From positions 12,896,001 through 12,960,000 of the forward strand of contig JBHGNT010000014.1 in NCBI GenBank assembly GCA_043228905.1: 64,000 nt of DNA. The letters are read 5' to 3'. The stretch is from Azolla caroliniana. Its lineage: Eukaryota > Plantae > Polypodiophyta. The notes under the pieces were generated by a model, which did no database searches, was not told the origin of the DNA, and was given only the letters and a program-made list of their open reading frames with translations. A program made the position numbers and the translations under genes. This document shows positions 1 through 11,709 of the stretch, one piece after another. Each line of letters begins with the position of its first letter. The stretch's first letter is position 1.

Positions 1-5
1 CAGAA

Positions 6-1943
6 ATGGAGGAGGCAGCCTACCAAGCGTTGAAGGTCATGCTGTCACAAGCTCCGGTGGTGCAGCCGCCGGACTGGAGTAAAAGCTTTCACGTCTTCGT
101 CGACGCGTCGGACGTAGCGATCGGCAGTGTTTTGATGCAACTCACGGAACCGAAATGGTATCGGCCGGTGTACTACGCAAGCAGGAAACTCTCGAAAGCC
201 GAACGGAACTACTCTACAACGGAACGAGAGGCATTAGGAATGGTGTACAGCGTCACAAAGTACAGGCACTATCTGCTCGGACGAAAGTTCTCCTTCCACG
301 TTGACCACTCGGCACTACTCTACCTGGTCTCAAAGGCAGCCCTGACAGGAAAACTCGCACGGTGGACGCTGCTATTACAGGAATTCGAATTCGACATTTT
401 CCACCGACCCGGGGTGCAGCATGCGGTAGCAGACTACCTGAGCAGACTAGAATCCGGAGAATCAGGGGACGGCGTACAGGACGAATTTCCCGACGCCGAG
501 CTGTTTAAGGTCACGACGGCACCGGCAACGGAGACCACAGTAGCGGACGAAGACAAATGGCTAACCGAAATGCATCAGTTCCTGAGCACCGGAGTTCCCC
601 CGGAAAACCTGGACCGAGACGAACGGAAAAGGATGGCAGTACGGAGCAGACATTTCTGCTTGGTAGGAGACACCCTCTATCACAAGGGGGCAGATGGCGT
701 ATGGAGGCGAGCAGTGCGGAGCGATGAAAAGGATCTGATCCTGAGGGAAGCCCACTGTGGAATTGCAGGCGGGCATTATGCCGGCGAAACAACAGCCCGG
801 AAGATATGGCAGAGCGGACTATGGTGGCCGACTACCATGAGAGATGCCGTTAAGTATAGCAGGGAATGCGACCTGTGTCAACGACTGGGCCAACCCACGG
901 AGCAGGCCCGGATGCCACATCACCCGGTCTTGCCATTAGAACCATTCCAAAAGTGGGGCTTGGACTTTGTCGGTCCCTTTAAGCCACCGGCAATGCGGAC
1001 CGGAAATCGGTATATAATAGTGGCTACCGACTACTGCACCAAATGGGTAGAAGCAAAGGCATTACGGGACAACACGGCGGCGTCCACGGCCAAATTTTTA
1101 TATGAATGCATATGGTGTCGGTACGGATGCCCGATTGAGCTGATCAGTGACCAGGGAGGACATTTCCTCGGGCAGGTGGTGGAAAGTTTGACCTCATTCT
1201 ATGCGGTAGTACACAAACGAAGCACTCCCTACTACCCTCAAGCCAACGGATTAGCGGAATCAACGAATAAAACGCTACAGAACATCCTTAGAAAAATCGT
1301 CAATGAGAACCGGACCGACTGGGATACGAAGTTGCAGAGCGTGTTGTGGGCGTACCGAACGGCGTACAAGACCAGCATCCGGACGACCCCGTTCCGACTG
1401 GCATTCGGCTTGGAAGCAGTCATGCCAGTAGAATTCCAAATTCCTAGCTTAAGAATACAGGTTAAGGAGCGGTTAAGCGAGAAGGAATCGGAACGAATCC
1501 GGCTGAAGATGCTGTTAGAACTGGAAGAAAATCGAATAGCCAGCCTGCTACAGCTAGAACTAGAGCAAAGGAGGAGGAAAGCCTTTGTAGACCGACACCG
1601 GCGCGGTAACTAAAAGGAATTCGGGGTCGGGAAACCGGTATTACTGTTCCAGACAAGGATGGGGAGCATGCCAGGGAAATTGCGATTTCGGTGGACCGGA
1701 CCATTCTGGATCACAAAGGAGTACAATGGGTCTTACCAGCTCGGGACGTTGTCAGGAGAAGTTGTGGGCAAATGGGCAAATGGTTTTCGCCTAAAACCGT
1801 ATAAGGGGCACATGCCAGCTAACCCCTTCAAGCAAGACCCGGAAAACCCGAATGGCGAGGAACCGACACCGACGCGTAACAACGACGAGGAACCGACAAC
1901 AGTGCGCACCGACCCGAACACATCGGGGGGAACCGAACAATGA
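6..1943 (+). pseudogene. pol: Gypsy pol C-terminus (RNase H, HHCC zinc finger, DDE integrase) with one in-frame stop at 1611-1613
   Basis: VDASDVAIG..YASRKL..ERNYSTTERE (RNase H); H..GH..C..C; WGLDFVGP, ISDQG, PQANGLAE; ORF 1659-1943 is in the same frame after TAA. Confidence 0.93.
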
Positions 1944-2437
1944 TGCGGCATATGTAAATAATAATAATAATAATAAAAATAAAAAATAAAATAAAAATAA
2001 AAAAAATGATGACGTGGTGATACGGTCAAGAAAATTCAAGACAAGAAGATCAAGAAAATCATGGTACTGATGGAGGAGGTAGTTACAACCGTCACACGGG
2101 TGCACGAGCTATTTAAAGCACAGAACGTGGGGGCGCCGAGGTACAGGACTTAATACGTGCGGCAATCAAGGAGTCATAATGACAGACACGTAGGAGATTC
2201 GACACACGCGGCAAAGAAGCGCAAGCATGACACGCGGCAGCAAAGGACAGACAGCATGCGCAGGCGCCAAAAATAGGACATGCTATTCATGACAGAGCAT
2301 GCGGAGGCGCCAAAAATAGGACATGCTATTCAAGGCAGAACACGTGCAGCCGCCGAAATTAAAAAGTGAGATGCTAATTATGGCAGAAGATACGTACGCG
2401 CGAAAAACAGGAAAAGGCGGCTCGAGGGAAACGCCAC

Positions 2438-2445
2438 TATATAAA
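2438..2445 (+). promoter_or_regulatory. Candidate internal TATA box for the extra ORF
   Basis: CTATATAAAGG about 140 bp upstream of ATG 2581, downstream of a ~42-bp direct duplication (2250-2333). Confidence 0.45.
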
Positions 2446-2580
2446 GGAAGAACCGGGGAAGGTTTCACTTTTTACGAATTTTCCCACAAGCAAACGCAGG
2501 CTCAAGACAGCAAGATTCGACGCGCAGAACACCCACACCCCGACCTCAGACCACAGGCAGCAGCAGAGGAAGAAGAAGCG

Positions 2581-5337
2581 ATGGCACTGTCGGACGGAGC
2601 GCGACAATGGCTGACGGAGAACGGATTAGGAGGGCTGCTGCGGGTCGCTGACGCTCCACCACACAAGGAACCAGAGCAGGCGGCAACAGCGGTGGACTTA
2701 GCAGAGGTCACTGAAGGAGCGGTACAAGCGCTCACAGGGATTTCGGAGGGAGGACTTCAGACGATAGAGCTACCCTCGAGCCAAATATTCTTCGAGTATT
2801 TCGGCGAATACTCCCTTAGCAGCAAGGCGTATCGCACACAGGGCGGAGAGAACCTGCTGTTCGGAGAGGTGGCCCGCGCCCTGATGGAGTACGGGTTCGT
2901 GAACCCTCGTCCGGCAGCCATAGCCAAATACCGAGCAGCGATCGTCATCGCGACATTCGAAGGCCTGCAGGTGGACTGGCTCCATTTCATCACCGAAGGA
3001 CTGAAAGAGGCGATCAAGCACTTGGTGGAAGGGAAGAAGCCATGGTCCGGAATATCCCAATGGTTAACAGTGTTGGTCCCACCGGTGTCCCCCATCAAGC
3101 ACAAGCAAAGAAGTCGGCAGGAGACTACCCCGAAGCAAACCATGAAGCGCCGACGAATCCTAGAGAAACACACTCCAGGATGGACACAGGAAGAAGAAGC
3201 GCCGCCAGAAGAGGGATCATCCCGACAACCGCGGAAAGAAGGCTCATCTCGACAACCGAGGGCAGAAGACTCCTCCCGACAGCAACGGGAGGAAGGCTCA
3301 TCACGGCAGCCACAGAAACAGCAACAGCAACCGACAACGAAGAAGAAAAAGGCGGAAAAAGGCAAGGAGAAGGTGGCAAAGAAGACCAGCAAAAGGCAAA
3401 CCGACACCGAACCAGTAACGCTCGAATCGGAACCGGTACCAGTAAAGGAACCAATAGTGGCACCGGCTGAAGAGGACGCTGAAACAGAGGAAGACTCATC
3501 CGAACCGATGTTAATACTACCACCCAGGCAAGGAAAGGAGAAACGACCGACAAAACCGACCCCAACAGCGGACGGAACTCAGCAACGGGCAAAAGAACCG
3601 CCTCCAGTAACCGGAACAGAAGCGACACAGGATGAAGGTTCGTCTGCACCAAAGACGGCAGTACCGGAACCGACGGCGGCGGAGTTCGAAGAACAAAGAA
3701 AGGAACAAGCGCCGGAACAAGAGAAGAGGCCGGAGAAACAGCCGGAAAAACAGCCGGAGCTAGGCACGCCTGATGACACCAACGAAGGCAGAACAAAGGC
3801 ACAATGGCTAAGATGGGTGTCAGGGCAGTTGTCGGGAGTAGCAGACCAGATGGAGAAAGAGGAGGAGCAAAGAGAAGAAGTGACTAGGACGATGACTAAG
3901 GATATGGGCATGCTCCGGGCACAATTAAATGAGCTGCAGGAAGAGATAGCACAGGCAAAAGAAGGCAGCCGACAAGCACAACATGGAACAGAGCCGGTCG
4001 CGACATCAGAAAAGCAAGCCGAACCAGAAACGGAGAAGGCCTTGCAAACCGGCCCTGAGACCGAGAAGTTAATAGCAACTCTGAAAGAAGAATTACAGGC
4101 TCAGGAGGCATTGAGAGATAACGAAAGAGAGCAGCGGAAGTTGGTAGAAGACGACAGACGGCGAATGGAGGAAGGCCTTCGCCGAAGCAAAGCCACCAAT
4201 GACCGACTACAAGAAGAAAACGGGACACTGCAAAAGGAAAAAGATAGGCTGCGCCGACGAATGGAGCAGGAAATTGAGCGGTTGCGAGAGGAACTCCGAC
4301 AACAAAAGGACCGGGATGATCAGTTGCGAGCTCAGGCGAACCGACGCCTAAAACAGAAGACGGAGGAATTCGACCGACTATGTAAGGATTATAAACAGGC
4401 CACGTCGGACATCAAGAATCAGGCAGCAACGTACGACCGACAGATGGAGAAGCTGAAAGAGCAGCTCAAGGAAAACCGCTTGGAATTGTCCAAAGCAAGG
4501 GAGGAAGTATCGGCGGAGAAGACCTTGACGTCGGAACAAAGAAAGGAGATGGAAGTACTTCGGCAGAAAGTAGGGGAACTGACAAAGAGCCGGAACGAGG
4601 AAAAAGTGAAGTTGACTTTCGAAATCAACAAATGGCGGAGTACCTGTGACAAGCAGAAAGTCGACTCTGAAGCTCAAGCTCAGTTAATGGCCGACATCAT
4701 CAAACGGATAAGGAAGGAAAAACAAGCAGCTTCGGAACAGGCTAAAGCAGGGGTTGACCGAATTAAGTTCATCATGTCAAGCTGGAGTACCCGAGCTCAG
4801 GCCAGCATAAATGAAAGCACGGAGAAACTCTGGAAGGAATGGGCACAACAGGCAGCTGAACTGCAGATACTCCGAGCTGATGCAGAAAATCGGAAGAAAA
4901 ACGGAGATGGGTTCTATAAAATGGACGAAGAAAGTATCGTCAACATCCGGGAAGAACTGTCGGAGGATTTCTATGCTCTAGCAGAAGAACATCTCAAGGA
5001 AATCCGAGGGTTAGTAGAGAGGTTGGATGACGGACAGCTCGAAACCCAACTAGAATTGGAAGGGTACGAGAAGGACCGACTGCGACAGGAAGCCGAGGGA
5101 CACACAACGCCGATCTCCATTAGTGAGGGCGAGCGACCGGCTGAAGAGGACCCAACCAACAATGTACCCGAGGAAGAACTTCCGGAGCAAGAGCAGGTTG
5201 ATGCCGGGGATGATGCAGAGTGGAGACAGAGAAGTACCGAATCCGGGGAGGAAAGGACACAACCAGTGGAAACCGGAGAGAGCGATACCGGGAACGGAAC
5301 GGAGGTGGAGCAGGACAGACCCGGACAGGATACATAA
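2581..5337 (+). CDS. Extra retrotransposon ORF (env-position): globular N-terminus, disordered linker, long coiled coil, acidic tail; function unknown
   Basis: Uninterrupted frame 2323-5337; first ATG downstream of the TATATAAA box is at 2581; lies between integrase and the 3' LTR. Confidence 0.8.
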   Translation: MALSDGARQWLTENGLGGLLRVADAPPHKEPEQAATAVDLAEVTEGAVQALTGISEGGLQTIELPSSQIFFEYFGEYSLSSKAYRTQGGENLLFGEVARALMEYGFVNPRPAAIAKYRAAIVIATFEGLQVDWLHFITEGLKEAIKHLVEGKKPWSGISQWLTVLVPPVSPIKHKQRSRQETTPKQTMKRRRILEKHTPGWTQEEEAPPEEGSSRQPRKEGSSRQPRAEDSSRQQREEGSSRQPQKQQQQPTTKKKKAEKGKEKVAKKTSKRQTDTEPVTLESEPVPVKEPIVAPAEEDAETEEDSSEPMLILPPRQGKEKRPTKPTPTADGTQQRAKEPPPVTGTEATQDEGSSAPKTAVPEPTAAEFEEQRKEQAPEQEKRPEKQPEKQPELGTPDDTNEGRTKAQWLRWVSGQLSGVADQMEKEEEQREEVTRTMTKDMGMLRAQLNELQEEIAQAKEGSRQAQHGTEPVATSEKQAEPETEKALQTGPETEKLIATLKEELQAQEALRDNEREQRKLVEDDRRRMEEGLRRSKATNDRLQEENGTLQKEKDRLRRRMEQEIERLREELRQQKDRDDQLRAQANRRLKQKTEEFDRLCKDYKQATSDIKNQAATYDRQMEKLKEQLKENRLELSKAREEVSAEKTLTSEQRKEMEVLRQKVGELTKSRNEEKVKLTFEINKWRSTCDKQKVDSEAQAQLMADIIKRIRKEKQAASEQAKAGVDRIKFIMSSWSTRAQASINESTEKLWKEWAQQAAELQILRADAENRKKNGDGFYKMDEESIVNIREELSEDFYALAEEHLKEIRGLVERLDDGQLETQLELEGYEKDRLRQEAEGHTTPISISEGERPAEEDPTNNVPEEELPEQEQVDAGDDAEWRQRSTESGEERTQPVETGESDTGNGTEVEQDRPGQDT

Positions 5338-5481
5338 GAAACACCGGTACCACCGGTACAAGCAGAGTCGGAGCAGCAAGATGCGAAAAGGCAGCCAATC
5401 CAATCGGACGTCGGAGACGGCACAGGCAAAACAACACTTGAAACCTCGGAGCGGAGTTTGCCTGATAATTTGGAGGAAGAC

Positions 5482-5905
5482 TGAAGCCGGATGTGGGTTC
5501 GAAGTGCAATGCACTTTCCCACGGGCGTGCCATGTGTTGGCCGGTCAGAGAAGGCAAATGGGAAAGCAAGGTCGGATCGGATAAATATAGAAATAGGAAT
5601 AGAATTATTAGGAGGGACGGATCCGGTAGTTGTAACCGATCCGGATCCGAACCGATTCGGTTTCGGTTAACGGTTGCCTACCGAGCACCGATTGTAATCT
5701 GGCCGGATGCCTATAAAAGGATCCGATGTTTTGTAATGAAAGCGCGAAGAATTAATATAGTTTTGCTTATGCTGATTAATCTTGTCTTCGTCTGTGCTTA
5801 AGTGTAATTATCATACGCGTGTATTAACATCCTATCCCTACCACCCCTTTGGAGAAGTGTCGGATAGACACCTGTGTTGCGGCTAGTCCAGCCATACATA
5901 CAACA
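5482..5905 (+). repeat. 3' LTR of the Gypsy element
   Basis: TG...CA ends, preceded by a purine tract, contains CTATAAAAG. Confidence 0.75.
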
Positions 5906-6989
5906 GCTGCATGTGAAGCCGTATGGCTTAAGAGGATTTTGAAGGATTTGGGCGTTCCCATCAAGGATCCGACTCCCCTTTACTGCGACAACATGAGCAG
6001 TATTTATCTGGCTCGGAACCCGGTGTTCCATGCGCGGACAAAGCACATCGAAGTGCACTATCACTTCATCCGAGAGCGCGTTCTAGCTGGCGATGTCGAC
6101 CTACAACACATTAGCACCAATCTTCAAACGGTTGACATCTTCACTAAAGCCTTAGGAGCCGACAAGCTATGTCAATTCATGACCGATCTCGGATTGACGA
6201 TCCCTGACCTGCCAAGCTTGAGGGGGAGTATTGAAGACACTACGCAATAACACGTAGATTCCGCAACCACGCAACAAAGCCGCGAAGAAAGACGCAAGCC
6301 GAAGCACAGACTTCGCAACTACGCACGCAAGTCGAAGCACTGACTTCATGACACTACGCAATAACGCATAGATTCCGCAACCACGCAACAAAGCCGCGAA
6401 GAAAGACGCAAGCCGAAGCACAGACTTCGCAACTACGCACGCAAGCCAAAGCACTAACTTCATAACTACGCACAACGCAAGCTAGAGCACGGATTCCACA
6501 ACTCCGCATACATGCGAGTCGACACAAGTTGACGCGGACTCCAGAACGCAAGTTGAAGCGGATTTCGGATATAGTCTAAAACCGACCCGACTTGAGCTTG
6601 AGGGGGCATGTTGAGAATCAAGCTCAACTTGGTCTAGTGTGTGAACTCACCTTGAGAGTAAAGAGACACTCCAACGGTCAAGAGTCACCATTATGTCACC
6701 ACTTTATATTCTAGCATTTAGTATGAGTCATAGAATCATATTCTATGACACATAACTTATGAGCTTTCACATTCCCCATGCTCCATGAGGCTTGTAGTTA
6801 ATGAAGAGAGAGGGTGACTGCATAAAGCACCCTCCTCCCACCTTGTATCATGTTGAGTCTTTCTCCTTTGTCAATATACTTTTACCTTGCCTATTCCTTG
6901 TCTCTCTCACTCTCTCTCTCTCTCTCTCATACACACACATAACTCATATCTCTTCCGCTTCACAAGAATCCATCTCTTGATTCTTTACA
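5906..6989 (+). mobile_element. 3' end of a Ty1/Copia element (RNase H tail, repeat spacer, PPT, 3' LTR 6609-6989)
   Basis: CEAVWLKRIL..YCDNMSSI..HARTKHIEVHYHFIRE..DIFTK; TTGAGGGGGCA then TGTTGAGAATCAAGCTC...TTTACA; LTR homologous to those at 16650-17027 and 43143-44027. Confidence 0.9.
6234..6480 (+). repeat. About 2 copies of a ~117-bp tandem repeat in the Copia 3' UTR
   Basis: GACACTACGCAATAAC..GCAACAAAGCCGCGAAGAAAGACGCAAGCCGAAGCACAGACTTCGCAACTACGCACGCAAG occurs twice. Confidence 0.9.
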
Positions 6990-7164
6990 TTGTGCATAGT
7001 TTTTGTTGTGTATCTTGTTGTTTTCTTTGACTAATTTTGCACAACATAATTTTTGTCTCACATAAGTGATTAAGTGCTATTACATTTCTTATCAGAAAGG
7101 TCAACAAAGCATTCTCAATGGATATTTGACAAAGTTATGGACAATATTCAATAAGAGAAGATTA

Positions 7165-7698
7165 TGTCACAGACACATCAACGCTAGACTACGACAAAGC
7201 ACAGATGACAAGGCTACGACCGATAAGGTTACGAACGTGGAACTCGACGTGATGAGGCTAGAAACTCAGGAAGTTGGGATCGTGAGATGAGGAACTTAAG
7301 ACGCTAGGAACAATACAAGAGCATAAAGACAGAGATGTAAATCAAGGAGAGAAGATGGGGTTAAACAAGAATACTAGATTGATGTGTCAATGAATGGTGT
7401 TGAATCCCTTGAAAAGGACCAAGGAGGTTACAAGTATTTATACTGTGAGTCGAAGTACATGCATTAGAATATTTTGGAGAATATTCGGGAGAATATTGTA
7501 GAACCCTCTAGAACCTTCTAGTTCTAGAAATGTCTATAAACTCTTAGAACTTGAAATAGATAATCTATTAATAATATACTACGATATACATAACATGACC
7601 ATATATTTGGATGTGTTGGTTAGAACACAACACTTGACTATATATGTCAAGAGGTTTAGAGTTTAAATCTTGACATGACTGTTGTCATGTCTATGACA
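7165..7698 (-). mobile_element. Solo LTR (chromovirus-like termini)
   Basis: Inverted termini TGTCACAGACA/TGTCTATGACA; perfect 5-bp TSD GATTA; TATAAATA on the minus strand near 7434. Confidence 0.85.
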
Positions 7699-9989
7699 GA
7701 TTATAAGCTAAGTGCTTTCTTTAGTACCACTTCAAGGCATTCATTTCTTCCAAACATGGGGAAATTGGTTTGAATTAGTTTAGTTCCAAGGATTTGAAAT
7801 GTCCAAAAGCAAACATTTATGAATTCAGGTCTATATTGATGTTTTTTTTATGTCTCATAATGTCCCACACAATATGCTTTTTGTTATGGATGCTTTGCAA
7901 TCATATAACGTTGTAGTATTGTTTGATCTCCATGTGTAAAAAAGTTGATCGAAAATTGAAAGAAAGCTAAACAACATATGCAATGAAATAGAATGGGATT
8001 AAGATATGTTAATTCAATGCAATTGGAGAGTATTCATTGGATTCACTTTTCCTTTCTACATTAGTGGATCAAGAACCTCGAAAGTTTTCTTTTCTTTTCT
8101 TTTCTTAAAAAAAAAACAATAGACATACTACAGGAAGCCAATATGCACATATTGCATCCCTTCCAAAGAGAAATTTGTCCAAAAGAATAAGATTTGGTTT
8201 ATGATTAGGAATCTTTTCCACCACTAGGGATGCAAAATCATTCATAAGTTTGGATCATGGTTACTAGTTCCAAAATTGTATCAAAGCATCCAATTACAAC
8301 AAATAAGGTATATACATTGTTACCTTCTGTTCCATGAATAAAACAACACGGTAATCAACTACGGAGTATAGATAAGTTGTGATTGTCTCCAACTTGATGA
8401 TATTTCAAATTTTGGTTGTGCCCCTCCCCCCAAAAAATAACACTCTTGAGATGGAGGGGAAGAATCATGTGGTTTTTTTCATTGAAGTAGAACCCATAGC
8501 TAAAAAGGTAATAAGTAAAAAGCAGGGGCTATTTGTGTAATTTTAGCACAACTTTTTACTCATTCTTAATATGCCACAATAGAGGAGTAGCAAAGAAAAA
8601 AAACCAGAAAATTAGAAGTGAAAACCAAACACTTACAATTTATGAGTGTGGGAGATAAGAAAGAAAAGAGAGTGAGAGAGATCACAACATCAAAAGATAG
8701 AGAAAGGAAAAAAGTGAAGGAGGAAGCTCACGACAACCTTGATTCAACTGACACTGAAGCCCTACTTTTATTGTTTGTGAAAGAGTAATCCTCTCCATTG
8801 ATCTCACACACGACTCACATACATAAGTAAACCTTATTACCTTCTTCTTTACTCTATAGAATAGATGTGGGTGGAAATAGGGCAATAAAGAGTGATATCG
8901 AGGGTGGTTTGATAATGTAGTCTCAAGGAGACGTGTTCCATACATTCACCAGTGTCGATCATGTATATGGTGATAACTTGTTTTCACTTGATACCAAGTT
9001 TATTGTAAACTCAATGGGTTAAGTGATTCCATTGTGATGGTGATGAAATATTCAATATTGACATTGTCATTCAATTTGTAAGCATGGTTTGCCCTTAAAA
9101 AATTCAATAGGGTATTTTTGTATTTGCAATCCTATATTTATAATCAATGGAAATTAAGGGGAAAAGAAAACGATTTGATTTCATTGTGTGAGCTTGTCAT
9201 TTGGAAATTTGACGCCTCTTTATCCCATGATCCATCATATTGCACAAAAGTATTTTTTTGTGGGTTTTTTTTTTACGATGCCTTGAGGTTTCCCACGAGT
9301 AATATAAAACATTATTAAATAAAAAAACAATTGATATGCTATGTAGTACGATTAAGAGCCCATCAAGTGGAGTTAATCTATAGATTAATGATGTTGTATT
9401 CATGATGTGAACTTGGATTGGAAATGTTCATGCATGTATGTTAATTGGTAATTCAAAAGTAGTTATGTACATCTTGAAGGCGGACACACCGACCTTCATG
9501 TCTTAGGCACAATCGCTACTCAAACTCTCTTGTAACACCCTTTATGAGTAATATTTCTTGCCTCACGAAGAAGCCGTTAGAGTCATCACCCTCTCTTTGC
9601 ATTTGCATCAACATTGTAGCTTTCTATTTAGATTATTGAATTGACATTAGGAATAAAGATAGAGAATGTAGCACATTGACATTTTAGGTCTCTGAACTTG
9701 GAGAATAGAAAGACCAATGGGATATCCTACCTCTCGTACGAGGGAACACGTTGTCTAATGAACAATGATAAATCAAACAGTAGAGGGGCACAAATAAAAA
9801 GAATAATTTGATTCATTAGCGAATACAACTGTAACACAATTTTGGATAATATCGTGTGAACATCGTTTTGAAGATGGGCCTAAGCCACGTGTTTCGGTTT
9901 TCAACACTACTCGTTAAAAAACAGAAGAAGAACAACAAATGTATTTACAAAAACTGGGATCGAATGTAGGAGCATTCATGTGCCGAGTA

Positions 9990-10314
9990 TACACACACAC
10001 ACACACACACACATGTGGACGTGGGTGTAAGGCAACATACATACATAAAATGCACGAATAGATACATGCATACAAATGAAGATACAATACAATACGTACG
10101 TACGTACCTACGCACCTACGCACACACACACATACGTATGTACGCACATACATATACATACATACATAGGTACGTATGTATATGCATGGATACATACATG
10201 CATCCATCCATACATACATACATACATACATACATACATAAATAAATAACATGATACATACATATGTATGTACGTACCTACATACAGACATACCCACATA
10301 CAACCATACATACA

Positions 10315-10345
<31 letters not shown>

Positions 10346-10524
10346 CATACATACATACATACATACATACATACATACATACATACATAGTATCTAGTCA
10401 CATACATACGTAGATACATACATATACATACATACATACATACATACATAAATAAATAACATGATACATACATATGTATGTACGTACCTACATACAGACA
10501 TACCCACATACAACCATACATACA

Positions 10525-10555
<31 letters not shown>

Positions 10556-10666
10556 CATACATACATACATACATACATACATAGTATCTAGTCACATACA
10601 TACATAGATATGTACATATACATTGCATACATATCCCCAAAAATGTGTGTGTGTGTGTGTGTGTGA
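9990..10666. repeat. Compound (CA)n/(CATA)n/(TG)n microsatellite with a ~230-bp internal tandem duplication
   Basis: Long CATA runs; blocks AAATAAATAACATGATACATAC..TACCCACATACAACCATAC and ATAGTATCTAGTCACATAC each occur twice. Confidence 0.95.
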
Positions 10667-11077
10667 CCACATTTGTCCGCTGCCCAAGTGTGAAACGGCC
10701 GGGAGTTTCTCTGCTTCCTGGCTATGGGAGCTCGAAGAAGACAGAAGAATGGAAGCGTGACTGACGATCCATGGCTTCTTTCTGGGCTTTTTGTTTTTGT
10801 TTTGTTTTCTTTTATGAGGCTATGGACCTAACCAAGCAGAGAGAAGATCGAAGAAGCAGAAACCAGAAACAGAAACAGACGAAAGAGACAGAAGAATACG
10901 TCGATGACCATGCTTTGATCGAAGATCGAATGTGTTCCTCTTGTCTGCTCGTGTCTATGGATCTTAGCAAAGAAGAAGAATTCCATGATGCTTTGTTTGA
11001 AATTCCATGGCTTCTTGTCGGAGCTATCGAAGAAGAAGTGGAAAGGGCGAGACGTCCGCAACATTATATTTGAATAT

Positions 11078-11650
11078 CTATTGAGATCTACGATGAAATG
11101 AATCAGAAGCAGAGGCAGAGGAGCAGGACGAAGAAAGAAGGATGAGTTCATGAAGCTTCGCTTGAAGTTCCATTGCCTGAGAATGCAGAGATTGATTCTC
11201 TGTAGAAATCTGCGCTAATTGCCGGGAGGTTAGATTGAATCGAGCCAACATTTCACTTTTCTCGGATCTCATCTGCGTTACATGAGACCTTAGATCGTCC
11301 AAATGTTGTTGTTTTCTTAGCCTCGATCGTCTTGCAGATTCTCGGTTCGATAACATTCTTCGTTTCTTCCTTTCTTCAGCGTCATCTTTCTGTAGTGATT
11401 CGTCTCTCTCTGACATGTGTTGTCTGTTTGCCATATCTTCTTCTCCTCCTCCTCCTCCTCCATCTTCCTCTCTCCTTGATGAGCTTTTACTGTCTTCTGA
11501 TGTAGATACACCTACTTTCCCCCATGTTGCTTCTTCGTCTTGCTTTCCAACGTAGGCTTGTTGGTTTTGATAATTGTTAAAGAACTCCATTTCCATATTT
11601 ATGCTTGATCTGTTGTAGTAATAGTCTCGCAATGATGCAGATTCAATCAT
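11078..11650 (-). CDS. bZIP transcription factor, intronless, group-S-like
   Basis: ERKKRRMLSNRESARRSRLRKQQHLDDL basic region (N-x7-R) plus extended leucine zipper; in-frame stop just upstream of the ATG. Confidence 0.92.
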   Translation of the reverse strand: MIESASLRDYYYNRSSINMEMEFFNNYQNQQAYVGKQDEEATWGKVGVSTSEDSKSSSRREEDGGGGGGEEDMANRQHMSERDESLQKDDAEERKKRRMLSNRESARRSRLRKQQHLDDLRSHVTQMRSEKSEMLARFNLTSRQLAQISTENQSLHSQAMELQAKLHELILLSSSCSSASASDSFHRRSQ

Positions 11651-11709
11651 CTCTTCTTATGGAATTTTCGTCTCAAATGTCTTGTTTAATCCTCATATAT
11701 TTGTTGAGT

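Larger units (their letters stand above)
1..5905 (+). mobile_element. Ty3/Gypsy LTR retrotransposon (non-chromovirus, Athila/Tat-like), 3' part, with extra ORF; inserted into a Copia RNase H region
   Basis: RNase H then integrase order; integrase tail GKLRFRWTGPF; purine tract TGGAGGAAGA at 5471-5480 followed by TG; ends CAACA at 5905, where Copia RNase H coding (GCTGCATGTGAAGCC) resumes. Confidence 0.9.

Noticed and set aside
1611-1613. Programmed readthrough in the Gypsy integrase
   Set aside because: More simply a point mutation in a normally continuous domain
8640-9010. Possible LTR remnant with PBS-like CTTGATACCA
   Set aside because: No matching termini, TSD or coding sequence found
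9914-10670. MYVC-repeat ORFs
   Set aside because: Translation of a (CATA)n microsatellite
10771-11073. 100-aa plus-strand ORF
   Set aside because: Antisense to the likely bZIP 3' UTR; low complexity, no motifs
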